Positions 1-9,435 of a stretch of DNA of 64,000 bases are shown one piece after another; the first letter of the stretch is position 1; each line of letters begins with the position of its first letter. The notes beneath the pieces are model-generated. The model was not told where the DNA came from. It was given only the letters and a program-made list of their open reading frames with translations, and did no database searches. The position numbers and the translations under genes are program-made. The stretch comes from Bdellovibrionota bacterium (GTDB lineage: Bacteria; Bdellovibrionota_C; UBA2361; JBIKWN01). Location: assembly GCA_044356295.1 (NCBI GenBank), contig JBIKWN010000002.1, forward strand, positions 1 to 64,000, written 5' to 3'.

Positions 1-10
1 TAATTATTTT

Positions 11-37
11 CTTCGCGTACTTCGCGACCTTCGCGTT
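11..37. repeat. 9-bp tandem repeat (CTTCGCGnn)x3, REP-like intergenic element
   Basis: cttcgcgta-cttcgcgac-cttcgcgtt at 11-37, intergenic, downstream of the first CDS. Confidence 0.6.
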
Positions 38-98
38 ACTAAAAATGTCTTCAATTATTTTCTACCGATTAGTAGTGGGATCACTCTCGCCCGAAAAA

Positions 99-734
99 TT
101 AAGAGCTGAGTAACCTGCGAATCTCAGTGATGTTTATTTTATTTATCAGCTCATGTGCGTCACGCATAGTTGCTTCCTTTTTTGCACGAACAACAAGCAT
201 GGACTCCATAGGAAGTTTCAAAACAAACGAAAATCCACCATTTTTAATTTGATAATAAATCCAGGAATCATTATCAAACTTTACTGATTCTTTCGATTCA
301 TAATTCAAAGGTAATATTTGAGTTTGCTCAACAAGTGACTCGGTTTTTGCTAAATCAAGTAAAGCAGGGTGTGGAATATAAAGAAGCAATTCAATCGTAT
401 GAACAGATCTATCTGCAAGATAGATAACTGTATATCTTCTAAACTGTTGTGATTTATTAAGATCTGATTTTACAATCCGAAAACCCTCAAGATCTTTTCC
501 TAGGGCTTTGATAAGAATTTCAGCACTTCCACTATTCAAAAGAGAGAAATAATTACTCTCTTTATTTATCCATTGTGGCATTGGAATCGGTCGACCTGAA
601 CGTGATGCACTAGATTTAAATTCCGGGGACTGCATTAAATCACGAAGTGCCTGCGCTGAAAGATACATTGGGTAATTAAGAGCAATAAGAACCGAGGCAA
701 AGACAAAGAGATAGGTAGCTCGAAATCTGTTCAA
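99..734 (-). CDS. Hypothetical exported protein
   Basis: ORF 99..782; TTG at 734 lies just after the upstream gene's stop and is followed by a signal-peptide-like segment (RFRATYLFVFASVLIAL). No family recognised. Confidence 0.55.
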   Translation of the reverse strand: MNRFRATYLFVFASVLIALNYPMYLSAQALRDLMQSPEFKSSASRSGRPIPMPQWINKESNYFSLLNSGSAEILIKALGKDLEGFRIVKSDLNKSQQFRRYTVIYLADRSVHTIELLLYIPHPALLDLAKTESLVEQTQILPLNYESKESVKFDNDSWIYYQIKNGGFSFVLKLPMESMLVVRAKKEATMRDAHELINKINITEIRRLLSS

Positions 735-735
735 A

Positions 736-1518
736 CTATGTAGTCGCATCATCTGAAGCGTCATCCCCATCATCAGCTTCAACTGAACTATCAGGTTTAC
801 CAGTTTTTAAACGTTTACGAAGTCTTCCAAGGCGGCTTGCTGGTCCCTGACTTCTTTCAATACAAAATCGCTCCATCGCTTCTATAAGTGCCATCTCGCC
901 ACCTTTTGCAAAAGTTTTTGCAAGTTCAGCAGATCGACGAAGTACATTGAGTGCACGAGGTAATTCACGCTTAGCAGTTTCAAACTGTTCTGCTTGACGT
1001 TGTAAAAGTGCAGCCTTATCAAGGCTTGTCATTAGAATCGCAACAAGTGCCTCATTTCTATCTTTTGCTTTTAGTACTGCATCTGCAATTGGTTCACCTT
1101 TAGAAGCATGAACTACCGCTTGTTCAACAGTATCAATAGTAAATGGCTTAACAAGATATCCCTTGGCCCCAAGTATTAAAAGATCGAATACATCATCAAC
1201 GTTTGGCTCATATGAAGAAGGCAGAGCAACAATTGAGTCATTCGCTTCAAACACCTTCTTTAGGAATTCCATCGGAGGCATGTTTGTTTTTTTTGCTTCG
1301 AATATGACATGCGTAAAACGGCGCTCGTTCATTTTATCAAGGGCTGCAGCGTGAGTAGGAGCATCGCTTATACCCCCATACCCAAGGGACTTAAGACATG
1401 TTCTTAAGTTATTACGGTCGTTAGCTTCTGATTCAACAATCATAATGCTTGATTTAGTCCGCTCTGCTGGACTCATCGCCAGTGATTCAGTGTTAAGAGG
1501 GGAAATTTTACTGTTCAT
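736..1518 (-). CDS. Atypical response-regulator receiver domain protein with C-terminal helical extension
   Basis: CheY-like pattern IMIVESE...HVIFEA...GAKGYLVKPF. Start placed at ATG 1518 to avoid overlap with the divergent gene. Confidence 0.75.
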   Translation of the reverse strand: MNSKISPLNTESLAMSPAERTKSSIMIVESEANDRNNLRTCLKSLGYGGISDAPTHAAALDKMNERRFTHVIFEAKKTNMPPMEFLKKVFEANDSIVALPSSYEPNVDDVFDLLILGAKGYLVKPFTIDTVEQAVVHASKGEPIADAVLKAKDRNEALVAILMTSLDKAALLQRQAEQFETAKRELPRALNVLRRSAELAKTFAKGGEMALIEAMERFCIERSQGPASRLGRLRKRLKTGKPDSSVEADDGDDASDDATT

Positions 1519-1671
1519 ACCATACTTTTGCGAAACGAACCTAAAGAGTTCAATCGGATAACCTAACAGATATCTTGAGCTTTCCAGAAAAAATATATAG
1601 CTCTTTTTTGGAACTAATGTTCTAAAAATATCGCGCAGTGCACCACTTTCGATCAATAATATCGTAAAGTT

Positions 1672-2310
1672 ATGAATCAGCCTAGTAGAATTGCTCCTCA
1701 CCATGCACGACCTAAGAAGGAAGTTAGAAAAGAATATCGCCTGATTCTCGAGAATCTAGACCGAAGGTGGTTAATGGCAGCTTCTCAAAGACTATCTAGA
1801 AACCTCTCTAATTTCTTTAATCAACCGAGCCAACAAAGTATTAAACATATTCTTTGCTTCAGCGCATTTTTCCCCGGTGAAGTTGATCTATCACCTTTCA
1901 TTTCAAATTTTTTATCTACAAAAAATATTTACCTTCCTCGATGTTCACCTGATGGCACCATGAAATTTATTTCTCTTGGTAAAGAATGGTCGAATAATTC
2001 TCCTTCTGGTTTGTTTGGGATTCAGGAGCCAGATTCTGGTGAGATTTTTAAATGTGAGGAGCCAACAAAAAGTGCAATTCTCATTCCTGGTTTAGCTTTT
2101 GATAAATTAGGAAACCGCTTGGGAAGAGGAAAAGGATATTACGATCGTTTTCTTGGTATGAAAGAAAATCGGTCGATGATGACGATTGGAACCTGTTGGG
2201 ATATGCAAATTCTTCCATCAATTCCTACAGATTCGCATGATATTATGCTTAAGTGGCTTATTTCTGAAGAGCAGACACTTTTTACTGGGTTTGAAATGGA
2301 TGTCGATTAA
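1672..2310 (+). CDS. ygfA: 5-formyltetrahydrofolate cyclo-ligase
   Basis: Motifs EVDL, YLPR, FGIQEP, IPGLAFDKLGNRLGRGKGYYDRFL, HD. Confidence 0.92.
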   Translation: MNQPSRIAPHHARPKKEVRKEYRLILENLDRRWLMAASQRLSRNLSNFFNQPSQQSIKHILCFSAFFPGEVDLSPFISNFLSTKNIYLPRCSPDGTMKFISLGKEWSNNSPSGLFGIQEPDSGEIFKCEEPTKSAILIPGLAFDKLGNRLGRGKGYYDRFLGMKENRSMMTIGTCWDMQILPSIPTDSHDIMLKWLISEEQTLFTGFEMDVD

Positions 2311-2311
2311 G

Positions 2312-2339
2312 TTGCGTAAGTCTTATCTAGTGCTATAAT
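2312..2339 (+). promoter_or_regulatory. Sigma70-type promoter with extended -10 for the luxR-type gene
   Basis: TTGCGT-N16-TATAAT with TG at -15/-14 (tgcTATAAT). Confidence 0.65.
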
Positions 2340-2345
2340 TTCCCC

Positions 2346-2495
2346 GTGGTTCGGCAGTAAATTAAGGTTATTCCCCCTCCAAACCCTTCATATCCCGTGC
2401 ATTAAACTATTATCCTCGCTAGCTATGGTGATTTGGTGTGATGTTTTAATGCACTGGGTATGTTCTAGGACAACGGAGTGTAAGGTTACAAAAAA
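2346..2495 (+). promoter_or_regulatory. Structured ~150-nt 5' leader RNA
   Basis: Long stem catatcccgtgcattaaa (2389-2406) / tttaatgcactgggtatg (2445-2462); 5' end complementary to the 3' UTR. Confidence 0.5.
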
Positions 2496-2744
2496 ATGGT
2501 ACAAGGATTGTTACGTTCTCGCAGTATTCGTCTGACACCTGCTGAAATCAAGGTTTTATCTTTGATTGCAGAAGGTATGACTTCGAAAGAAGTAGCTGAA
2601 AAGCTTTTTCTTTCGAAACGGACGATCGATTTCCACCTCGCAAATATCTACGATAAATTGCAAGTGAATAATCGAATACAAGCTCTTCGTGAAGCAGGTC
2701 GTTATGGTTTAATCCCATCCGTACCTGTCCTCACGACAGCCTAA
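2496..2744 (+). CDS. Stand-alone LuxR/GerE-type HTH transcriptional regulator
   Basis: LTPAEIKVLSLIAEGMTSKEVAEKLFLSKRTIDFHLANIYDKLQVNNR is a typical LuxR HTH; 82 aa with no sensor domain. Confidence 0.9.
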   Translation: MVQGLLRSRSIRLTPAEIKVLSLIAEGMTSKEVAEKLFLSKRTIDFHLANIYDKLQVNNRIQALREAGRYGLIPSVPVLTTA

Positions 2745-2755
2745 GCAGAAAGGAT

Positions 2756-2800
2756 GTTTAAAAGGTTCGCCAATGCTGCCGAACCTCATCCCTTTTAAAC
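2756..2800. terminator. Hairpin between convergent genes, probable terminator
   Basis: gtttaaaagg/ccttttaaac and aggttcg/cgaacct stems. Confidence 0.5.
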
Positions 2801-3517
2801 TATATTATGCTTCGCATAATAATCAGCTAAAAAAGATCCTATTGCTGGATCATTCAACTCATTAGAATTATTTCTTCGAAATATTTCATTCCAAAGATGC
2901 AGAAATGAAGCATTCGAAGTTTTTTGATAACATAATTCACGCTCTGTCACAGTAACGGGCAGCAAAGCATCTGAATAATGAAGAGGAAATGCATTCTGCG
3001 GAGGATAAATAGTATCCCATAATCCATTATCCTTAATGATATTAGTCAAAAGTGTAGGACCAGTTTGTCCCCAGACTACGTCCTTTCCAGCTTGAACACT
3101 TTTTTCATAAAGGGTGCATACAAGAGGATGCCCCTTTGGAAATTTTATTACGGCAGTACCGATGGTATCGTGGCTTTCTCTTTCTATAAATATATCACCT
3201 TCAGGAATTTTGTTTGAAAGACATAAAACATCGGTGTCTACCCACCAACCTCCATGTTCCATTAAGAGTCGGTAGCGAAAATTATTTGTAAAACATGAAA
3301 CGCTGCCCTTTCCATCTCCTCGTTGGTAATAAAATATTTCTTCCTTAGGTAAAATATCACGTGCATCACGCAACCGAACACCATCTGGCACTGATGGAGC
3401 ATCATAGCTAAACAGGTCATAGGTATGACCATTATCGATGAAAGATTTCATACAAAGAATCTGGCACCGAGGCAAAACAGATCCATTCCAGAACGATTGA
3501 AAGTTACTAGGTTGCAT
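2795..3517 (-). CDS. DXD-motif glycosyltransferase (GT32/OCH1-like)
   Basis: FRYRLL..HGGWWVDTDVLCL, WGQTGP.LLT, LHLWNE. Confidence 0.85.
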   Translation of the reverse strand: MQPSNFQSFWNGSVLPRCQILCMKSFIDNGHTYDLFSYDAPSVPDGVRLRDARDILPKEEIFYYQRGDGKGSVSCFTNNFRYRLLMEHGGWWVDTDVLCLSNKIPEGDIFIERESHDTIGTAVIKFPKGHPLVCTLYEKSVQAGKDVVWGQTGPTLLTNIIKDNGLWDTIYPPQNAFPLHYSDALLPVTVTERELCYQKTSNASFLHLWNEIFRRNNSNELNDPAIGSFLADYYAKHNIV

Positions 3518-3535
3518 ATTTTTAGAGAGGAAAAA

Positions 3536-3799
3536 TCAACCTTTTTTAACAACTTTCAAGCGGGCTTCTGCTCCGCTCAATACTTCACGAAGCTTCCCAA
3601 CAAGGAGCGCTCCACGTTCATACGATTGGATTGAAGCTTCAAGTGGAAGCTGTCCTCTTTCAACTGCAGAGACAAGCTGCTCAAGAAGAATCATTCCTTT
3701 TTCAAATGAAATGTCAGCAATCAACTTTTCAGGTTGTGGGGCTGCAAGTAACTGCTCAATCGTGAGTTCTTCAGAGGTATTTTTATTTTCTTTAGCCAT
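3536..3799 (-). CDS. xseB: Exodeoxyribonuclease VII small subunit
   Basis: SFEKGMILLEQLV..VERGQLPLEASIQSYERG; directly downstream of xseA. Confidence 0.92.
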   Translation of the reverse strand: MAKENKNTSEELTIEQLLAAPQPEKLIADISFEKGMILLEQLVSAVERGQLPLEASIQSYERGALLVGKLREVLSGAEARLKVVKKG

Positions 3800-3806
3800 A
3801 TAATTA

Positions 3807-5060
3807 TCAATTTACAATACTTTGTATTTGTCCTTTCGAAAATTTCGTTTCAATAATATCACCTTTTGAAAGATTGTTTGCATCAACAATGACAGCACCA
3901 TTTTTTTGAACGAGCGCAAATCCTCTACCAAGTACGTTTAACGGATTTAAAGATTCGAGTTTCGTACATAATGAATCAAGATTATTTTTATAATGCTGAA
4001 CGGTAATACTTGTTCGGTGATGTAATGACATTTCAAAACGTTCAATTTGTTGCGACACAATTCTTACTCTGTTTTCGGGAAGGAGTATCTTTAATAAACT
4101 TTGTGCTTTTTCAACTTTATTTGAAAGATTCGATATGATTTGATTTCTTGTCTGGAGCAATCTTGCCTCAACTTCATCAAGTCGTTGCTCTTTCTGACTG
4201 AACCACCGCTCGTATTCAGACAATCGAGAGGATAATTCATCAATCCGTGCTAATAAATCTATCACCTTAGGACAAACCATTTCTGCGGCAGCTGTTGGCG
4301 TAGGAGCACGGACATCAGCAACTAAATCACTCAGAGAAATATCAGTTTCATGTCCTACGGAAGAGATTATAGGAATCTTTGAAGCAAAAATTGCTCTGAC
4401 TACTTCTTCTTCATTAAATGCCCAAAGATCTTCAAGTGAGCCACCACCTCTGCCTACAATAATAACATCGACGATAGCTTGCTCATTAAGAAGTCGAATT
4501 GCATCAGATATCTCTTTTGCAGCACCCTCACCTTGTACTTTTACATCAACAAGATACACCTGTAAGAAAGGCATTCGATCTTGAATACGAACCATAATGT
4601 CATGAATAACTGCCCCTGACCCACTAGTTACAACTCCGATTGCTTTTGGGAAATATGGGAGTGATCGTTTTCGAGAAGGATCAAAAAGTCCTTCCATTTG
4701 CAGTTTATTTTTTAACTCTAGAAATTTCTTTTGTAATAATCCTTCGCCCGCAGGTTGCATTTTTTGGACGATCATCTGCAATCGGCCCGTTTGCTTATAG
4801 ATACTCGGGCGCCCTTCGCACAATACTTTCAGACCAATCGTTGGCTTAAAACCAAGGGTAGATACCGAGCTTCTCCACATTGCAGCAGAAAGCTGCGCCG
4901 ACTCATCTTTCAAAGAAAGATAAATGTGACCACTTTTGGCTACAGTCAGCTCACTTATCTCGCCTTCGAACCGAACACCAGTAAAAGAGTCTTCCAAAGC
5001 AAAGTTCATCGCTTCAGAGAGCTCTGATATCGAGAAAACCTCTTTTACCTCATCTGTCAT
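3807..5060 (-). CDS. xseA: Exodeoxyribonuclease VII large subunit
   Basis: GEIS...SGHIYLSLKD OB fold, RGGGSLEDLWAFNEE, VGHETD, DVRAPTPTAAAE, LGRGFA. Confidence 0.96.
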   Translation of the reverse strand: MTDEVKEVFSISELSEAMNFALEDSFTGVRFEGEISELTVAKSGHIYLSLKDESAQLSAAMWRSSVSTLGFKPTIGLKVLCEGRPSIYKQTGRLQMIVQKMQPAGEGLLQKKFLELKNKLQMEGLFDPSRKRSLPYFPKAIGVVTSGSGAVIHDIMVRIQDRMPFLQVYLVDVKVQGEGAAKEISDAIRLLNEQAIVDVIIVGRGGGSLEDLWAFNEEEVVRAIFASKIPIISSVGHETDISLSDLVADVRAPTPTAAAEMVCPKVIDLLARIDELSSRLSEYERWFSQKEQRLDEVEARLLQTRNQIISNLSNKVEKAQSLLKILLPENRVRIVSQQIERFEMSLHHRTSITVQHYKNNLDSLCTKLESLNPLNVLGRGFALVQKNGAVIVDANNLSKGDIIETKFSKGQIQSIVN

Positions 5061-5085
5061 TGCTCTATCGTTACAAAATTCTTCT

Positions 5086-5727
5086 ATGAGCTCAACTACT
5101 AGCCTATCCTTAAAACGAGCATGGAATCTTCTTTGTGCTTCACTATCAATTGATGGTCTGCTTCTTTGCTTAAAGTCTTTCCCTCAGATTATTGGAATTT
5201 CGAGCACCGTTTCATTCGCACATGAAGTCTATTATTCGTGGCTTGGAGCTGGTTTTTTTGTTTCTTTGACTCCAGTCATTTTGTATACGCCTCATTTGAA
5301 ATTCTCAAAGATTCTCTCAAAAAGAAATTTTATTCTTTTTGTTATTCTTCTCTTTGCTTTAGAATTTTTTCTAGCCTCATTGATAGATTCAAGAAAATTT
5401 ATTATCTCTTCAAGTGCGATATTACTTTCTATTATCTTACTTGGCTCTAAAATAATCTCAGTGGTTCTCAATCAAAAAGAGAAAAAACAGCTTTATCAAA
5501 ATGAATTTTCTATTCTTCAAGAACAACGAAAAAAAACTCTCTTTATAGGACTCTTCTGTACCAGAATATTCTTGATGATCTTGACTATTGGTATCTATAC
5601 AGAAATTTTAAATAGTATCTCTGCGATTATCATGTTGGTACTTTCAATGATTCTTGTAGGTCTTTACCGTGAAATGATTTTTCACTCAACGGCTATTTCT
5701 TTGGACAAACAGTACAAGTTACATTGA
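5086..5727 (+). CDS. Hypothetical integral membrane protein (~6 TM)
   Basis: Multiple hydrophobic segments; ATG 5086 avoids antisense overlap with xseA. Confidence 0.6.
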   Translation: MSSTTSLSLKRAWNLLCASLSIDGLLLCLKSFPQIIGISSTVSFAHEVYYSWLGAGFFVSLTPVILYTPHLKFSKILSKRNFILFVILLFALEFFLASLIDSRKFIISSSAILLSIILLGSKIISVVLNQKEKKQLYQNEFSILQEQRKKTLFIGLFCTRIFLMILTIGIYTEILNSISAIIMLVLSMILVGLYREMIFHSTAISLDKQYKLH

Positions 5728-5831
5728 TATTATTCATTTCAGATTTCGTACTTCCTTTTGAAGGTTTTCCATTATTCTTAGGCGAGTACTCTGCAACTTT
5801 ACTAGCGAGTTATGAATTTTGGTTGGCAAGT

Positions 5832-7094
5832 TTATTCAATAGTAACAACAGTACCACAAAGCACTTTTCCATCATCACGTGCAATGACAAGTTCAACTTG
5901 CTTTGGAACTACTGCATTTTCAGGATGAAGATTTAATTCAGATAGATGGATAGCTGTTCCTAATCCATTAAATCTTGCAATATTAGTAAGAGGTTTTAAT
6001 GTATAAAACTCTTCATGGAGTGTCCCCCCATGAGAATCTAGAACTCGCATATCAAATTGTAAATCTTCAGATGCAACACCGAAAACAGTCAGCGTTGAAT
6101 CAACTTTTAATATTTCATCTTCAATCCACGCTTTTACTTTTTCAATGCGATGACCTTGAAGTGAACAAACATCTACCAACCCAGTTTCCATAGGAGATCT
6201 CACTGGAGCACTCTCAGTAACTCCATCTGAATGCATGATACGGAGCGTTCCTGGAATTCGTTCCGATAAAGCGACCGATCCAGTTCTATCAATCACAGAA
6301 ACTAAATAGGTAACCTCTGCAGTTTTTCTGCCAACAAACTCATTACCCCAAAGTAAAGATCGATACGGAATAAAGATATCTATATCATCAACTATAGTGC
6401 GACCAACTTCACGCGACCCTTTTGTTTGGAGCGGTAACTCATAGAACCAATGTCCTGTATCAGCTTCACTCCATCCAGAATAAGTTTCAGATGTTTTCAG
6501 AGGCATCCCTCTCCAAAGAATTTTTACGGTAAGAAAAAGATTCTCTGAACCTCTCGAATCAAGGTTCAGGCAGCTCTTAACGACAGCACCATATTCATCA
6601 TGTCTTAAAACATCAGTGAGAACTTTGGAATTAAAGAAGCCTTCCTCTGCAAGTCTATAGTTACTAGAAATTTGTAAATGGTGTCTTCGTCGCTCTGTCC
6701 AATGAATAAGCTCTTCAAGCTCCTCTATCCATAAAGATGAAGGTAAGCGCTCTTGACTTTCGATATCTCGGTTTACTAAAGCAAACAGATATCTTCTCGA
6801 GTTTTCATAGAGTGTTTTAAACGACTTTTGGATAACTTCGGGAGCAGCTAGTTCATGAAAAAACTCTTCAAAATTATCTCCTCGGGGGACTGCACCAATT
6901 TGGAGACGAACAACTTGCTGAATTGTCGATATAATTCCAAAGGCGATTTCAGCAGGTGAGTTATATTCCTTAAGAAGTGATAGAAATGATTCTTGAACCG
7001 ACGCAATTGAATGCTCAGTCTGAGGAGACTCCAGATTCTTCTGATTAATTTCTCCACTTTGCACTATGGCAAGGGTTGCGGCGTTTGATTCCAT
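5832..7094 (-). CDS. Hypothetical protein (420 aa)
   Basis: Long ORF, helical N-terminus and beta-rich C-terminal part; no family recognised. Confidence 0.65.
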   Translation of the reverse strand: MESNAATLAIVQSGEINQKNLESPQTEHSIASVQESFLSLLKEYNSPAEIAFGIISTIQQVVRLQIGAVPRGDNFEEFFHELAAPEVIQKSFKTLYENSRRYLFALVNRDIESQERLPSSLWIEELEELIHWTERRRHHLQISSNYRLAEEGFFNSKVLTDVLRHDEYGAVVKSCLNLDSRGSENLFLTVKILWRGMPLKTSETYSGWSEADTGHWFYELPLQTKGSREVGRTIVDDIDIFIPYRSLLWGNEFVGRKTAEVTYLVSVIDRTGSVALSERIPGTLRIMHSDGVTESAPVRSPMETGLVDVCSLQGHRIEKVKAWIEDEILKVDSTLTVFGVASEDLQFDMRVLDSHGGTLHEEFYTLKPLTNIARFNGLGTAIHLSELNLHPENAVVPKQVELVIARDDGKVLCGTVVTIE

Positions 7095-7180
7095 AAACGT
7101 TCGAAAAGGTTATATTGTTTGGATAAACTGCGCTATAGAGCATCTTTTGCCGGATTTTGAAGTTCTGAGTGAACTCATTT

Positions 7181-7209
7181 TTGAAAAAAAAGCTCAAATC
7201 CCGTATACT
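7181..7209 (+). promoter_or_regulatory. Sigma70 promoter, probable leaderless transcript for pdhC-lipA-tamB/omp85
   Basis: TTGAAA-N17-TATACT, 8 nt before ATG 7218, no Shine-Dalgarno. Confidence 0.65.
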
Positions 7210-7217
7210 TACCAGCT

Positions 7218-8501
7218 ATGGCTCATGAAATAAAAATGCCCCAGCTTAGCGACACGATGTATTCTGGGAAGATTCTTGTTTGGAATAAAAAAGTTGGTGA
7301 TGACATTAAGCGAGGGGATATTTTAGCTGAAGTTGAAACCGATAAAGCTAACCTAGAGATCGAGTCATTTCAATCTGGAACACTACTTGAAATTAGAACT
7401 CCGGCAGGTCAAACAGCAAATGTTGGAGAAATCATCTGTATGCTTGGTCAAGCAGGCGAAGTTGTTTCAGCACAAGCTCCCTCTAGTTCTGCACAACAAG
7501 CTTCTGCACCTGTTTCTGCACCTGTTGCAAGTTCATCTCCACAAACACAAATTGTTTCTCAACCTGTTTCACCTATCGTCGTTAATTCTTCTTCGCACAC
7601 TGAAACAAGTGACCGTATTATTGCTTCACCACTCGCAAAGAAAATTGCTCAAACCCATTCAGTTGATCTGAATTCTATAACAGGTACAGGCCCTAATGGT
7701 CGTATTGTTAAAAAAGATGTTGAAAGCGCTGTTGGTAACACCGCTCTTCAGGTGTCTCAACAACCTGTGCTTCGTGAAACACCTCCTGTAAGACCCGCTT
7801 CAGTCACTCCAATCCAAGCTGGACAATCAATGACTCCTCTTTCCAAAATGAGAGAGACGATTGCTCGTCGAATGCAAGAAAGTGTTACTGAGAATCCGCA
7901 CTTCTATGTAACTACTTCCGTGCGCATGGAACAAGTAAAACAGCTTCGTGAGGTTCTAAAACTTAAAGATGACTTTAAAGGAATTAGTGTTAATCATTTT
8001 ATTATTAAAGCCTGTGCGTATGCTTTACAAAATGAACCCCGCGTAAATTTTGCTTACCGAGATGGACATCTTTTTAATCCCGGATCAATCAACATTGGAA
8101 TTATCACTTCTATTCCAGATGGACTTTTAATTCCTGTTATTAAAGATACGAATACACTGTCTCTAAAAGATATTGTTTTTGAAGCAAAAGCTGCTGTCGA
8201 CCGAGCTAAAGCAGGACGTCCTACCTCTGCGGATCTTACCGGTGGCACTTTTAGTATCTCTAACATGGGAATGTTTGATGTTGAAAATTTCACAGCAATC
8301 ATCAATCCTGGACAAGGTGGAGTCATTGCCATCTCTGCGACAAAAGAAGTTCCAGTCGTTGACAATGGTGTTGTCGTACCTGGGCTTGTAATGAAGGCGA
8401 CTCTTTCCGTAGACCACCGTGTAATTGACGGCGTGATGGGTGCAAACTTCCTGAAGTTCTTCAAAGAAGGACTCGAAAATCCTGCACTCCTTATGAACTA
8501 G
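7218..8501 (+). CDS. pdhC: Dihydrolipoamide acetyltransferase (pyruvate dehydrogenase E2)
   Basis: Lipoyl domain MPQLSDTM...EVETDKA, E3-binding ASPLAKK...GTGPNGRI, catalytic DHRVIDG. Confidence 0.92.
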   Translation: MAHEIKMPQLSDTMYSGKILVWNKKVGDDIKRGDILAEVETDKANLEIESFQSGTLLEIRTPAGQTANVGEIICMLGQAGEVVSAQAPSSSAQQASAPVSAPVASSSPQTQIVSQPVSPIVVNSSSHTETSDRIIASPLAKKIAQTHSVDLNSITGTGPNGRIVKKDVESAVGNTALQVSQQPVLRETPPVRPASVTPIQAGQSMTPLSKMRETIARRMQESVTENPHFYVTTSVRMEQVKQLREVLKLKDDFKGISVNHFIIKACAYALQNEPRVNFAYRDGHLFNPGSINIGIITSIPDGLLIPVIKDTNTLSLKDIVFEAKAAVDRAKAGRPTSADLTGGTFSISNMGMFDVENFTAIINPGQGGVIAISATKEVPVVDNGVVVPGLVMKATLSVDHRVIDGVMGANFLKFFKEGLENPALLMN

Positions 8502-8526
8502 TATTTTTTTAGCTTTTACGATTTAT

Positions 8527-9429
8527 ATGCCAATTGATGTTCCGCGTAATTCAGAGAAACTAGTAAAGCCTTCATGGCTTAAGGTCAAAGCACCTGGTTC
8601 TCCAGAATATCTTGAAACAAAAAATATCGTAAAATCACTTCGCCTTCATACCGTTTGTGAAGAAGCTCACTGCCCAAACATAGGTGAATGCTGGTCACAT
8701 CATACTGCGACATTTATGATCATGGGGGATCTTTGCACTCGTAAATGTCACTTTTGTGCTGTAAAAAAAGGCGATTCAGAAACTTTAGTTGCACTCGATC
8801 CAAACGAGCCAGAACGTGTTGGTACTGCTGTCAGAGATTTAAAACTAAAACATGCCGTTATAACTTCAGTAGACCGAGATGATGTTGGTGATAATGGGGC
8901 TTCTCACTTCGCCAAAACAGTTGCTGCCATTAAAAAGTATGCACCTGATTGTAAAATTGAACTTCTCATCCCTGACTTGCAAGGCTCGTGGAAAGACCTC
9001 GAAGTTATAGTAAAGAGTGGAATCGATGTTCTTAATCATAATATTGAGACGATCCCACGAATGTATAAAAAAGTCCGACCAGGAGCAGGTTATATTCGTT
9101 CCCTCACTCTTCTAAGTACTGCTAAAGAATATAATCCGAATATTTTCACAAAATCAGGCGTTATGGTTGGTCTTGGAGAAGAAAAAGAAGAGATCTTCCA
9201 AGTCATGGATGATATGAGACATCATAACATAGATATTATGACTATTGGACAATACCTGCGCCCTAGTAATCGACAATTACCGGTGCGTGCATTTGTTACC
9301 CCCGATGAATTTAAAGAATTTGAAACTGTTGGACTTTCAAAAGGATTTAAGTTTGTTGAATCGGGTGCTTTGGTTCGAAGCTCGTACCATGCTTGGAAGC
9401 ATACTGAAGGAGCTGCAGCAGCAGCATAA
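8527..9429 (+). CDS. lipA: Lipoyl synthase
   Basis: CEEAHCPNIGEC, CTRKCHFC radical-SAM motif, VRSSY. Confidence 0.97.
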   Translation: MPIDVPRNSEKLVKPSWLKVKAPGSPEYLETKNIVKSLRLHTVCEEAHCPNIGECWSHHTATFMIMGDLCTRKCHFCAVKKGDSETLVALDPNEPERVGTAVRDLKLKHAVITSVDRDDVGDNGASHFAKTVAAIKKYAPDCKIELLIPDLQGSWKDLEVIVKSGIDVLNHNIETIPRMYKKVRPGAGYIRSLTLLSTAKEYNPNIFTKSGVMVGLGEEKEEIFQVMDDMRHHNIDIMTIGQYLRPSNRQLPVRAFVTPDEFKEFETVGLSKGFKFVESGALVRSSYHAWKHTEGAAAAA

Positions 9430-9435
9430 TATATA

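Noticed and set aside
1519..2495. 6S RNA (ssrS) next to ygfA
   Set aside because: ssrS usually lies upstream of ygfA, but that gap is a short divergent promoter region with no long hairpin. The downstream structured region lacks a local closing stem and reads better as the luxR leader. An Rfam search would settle it.
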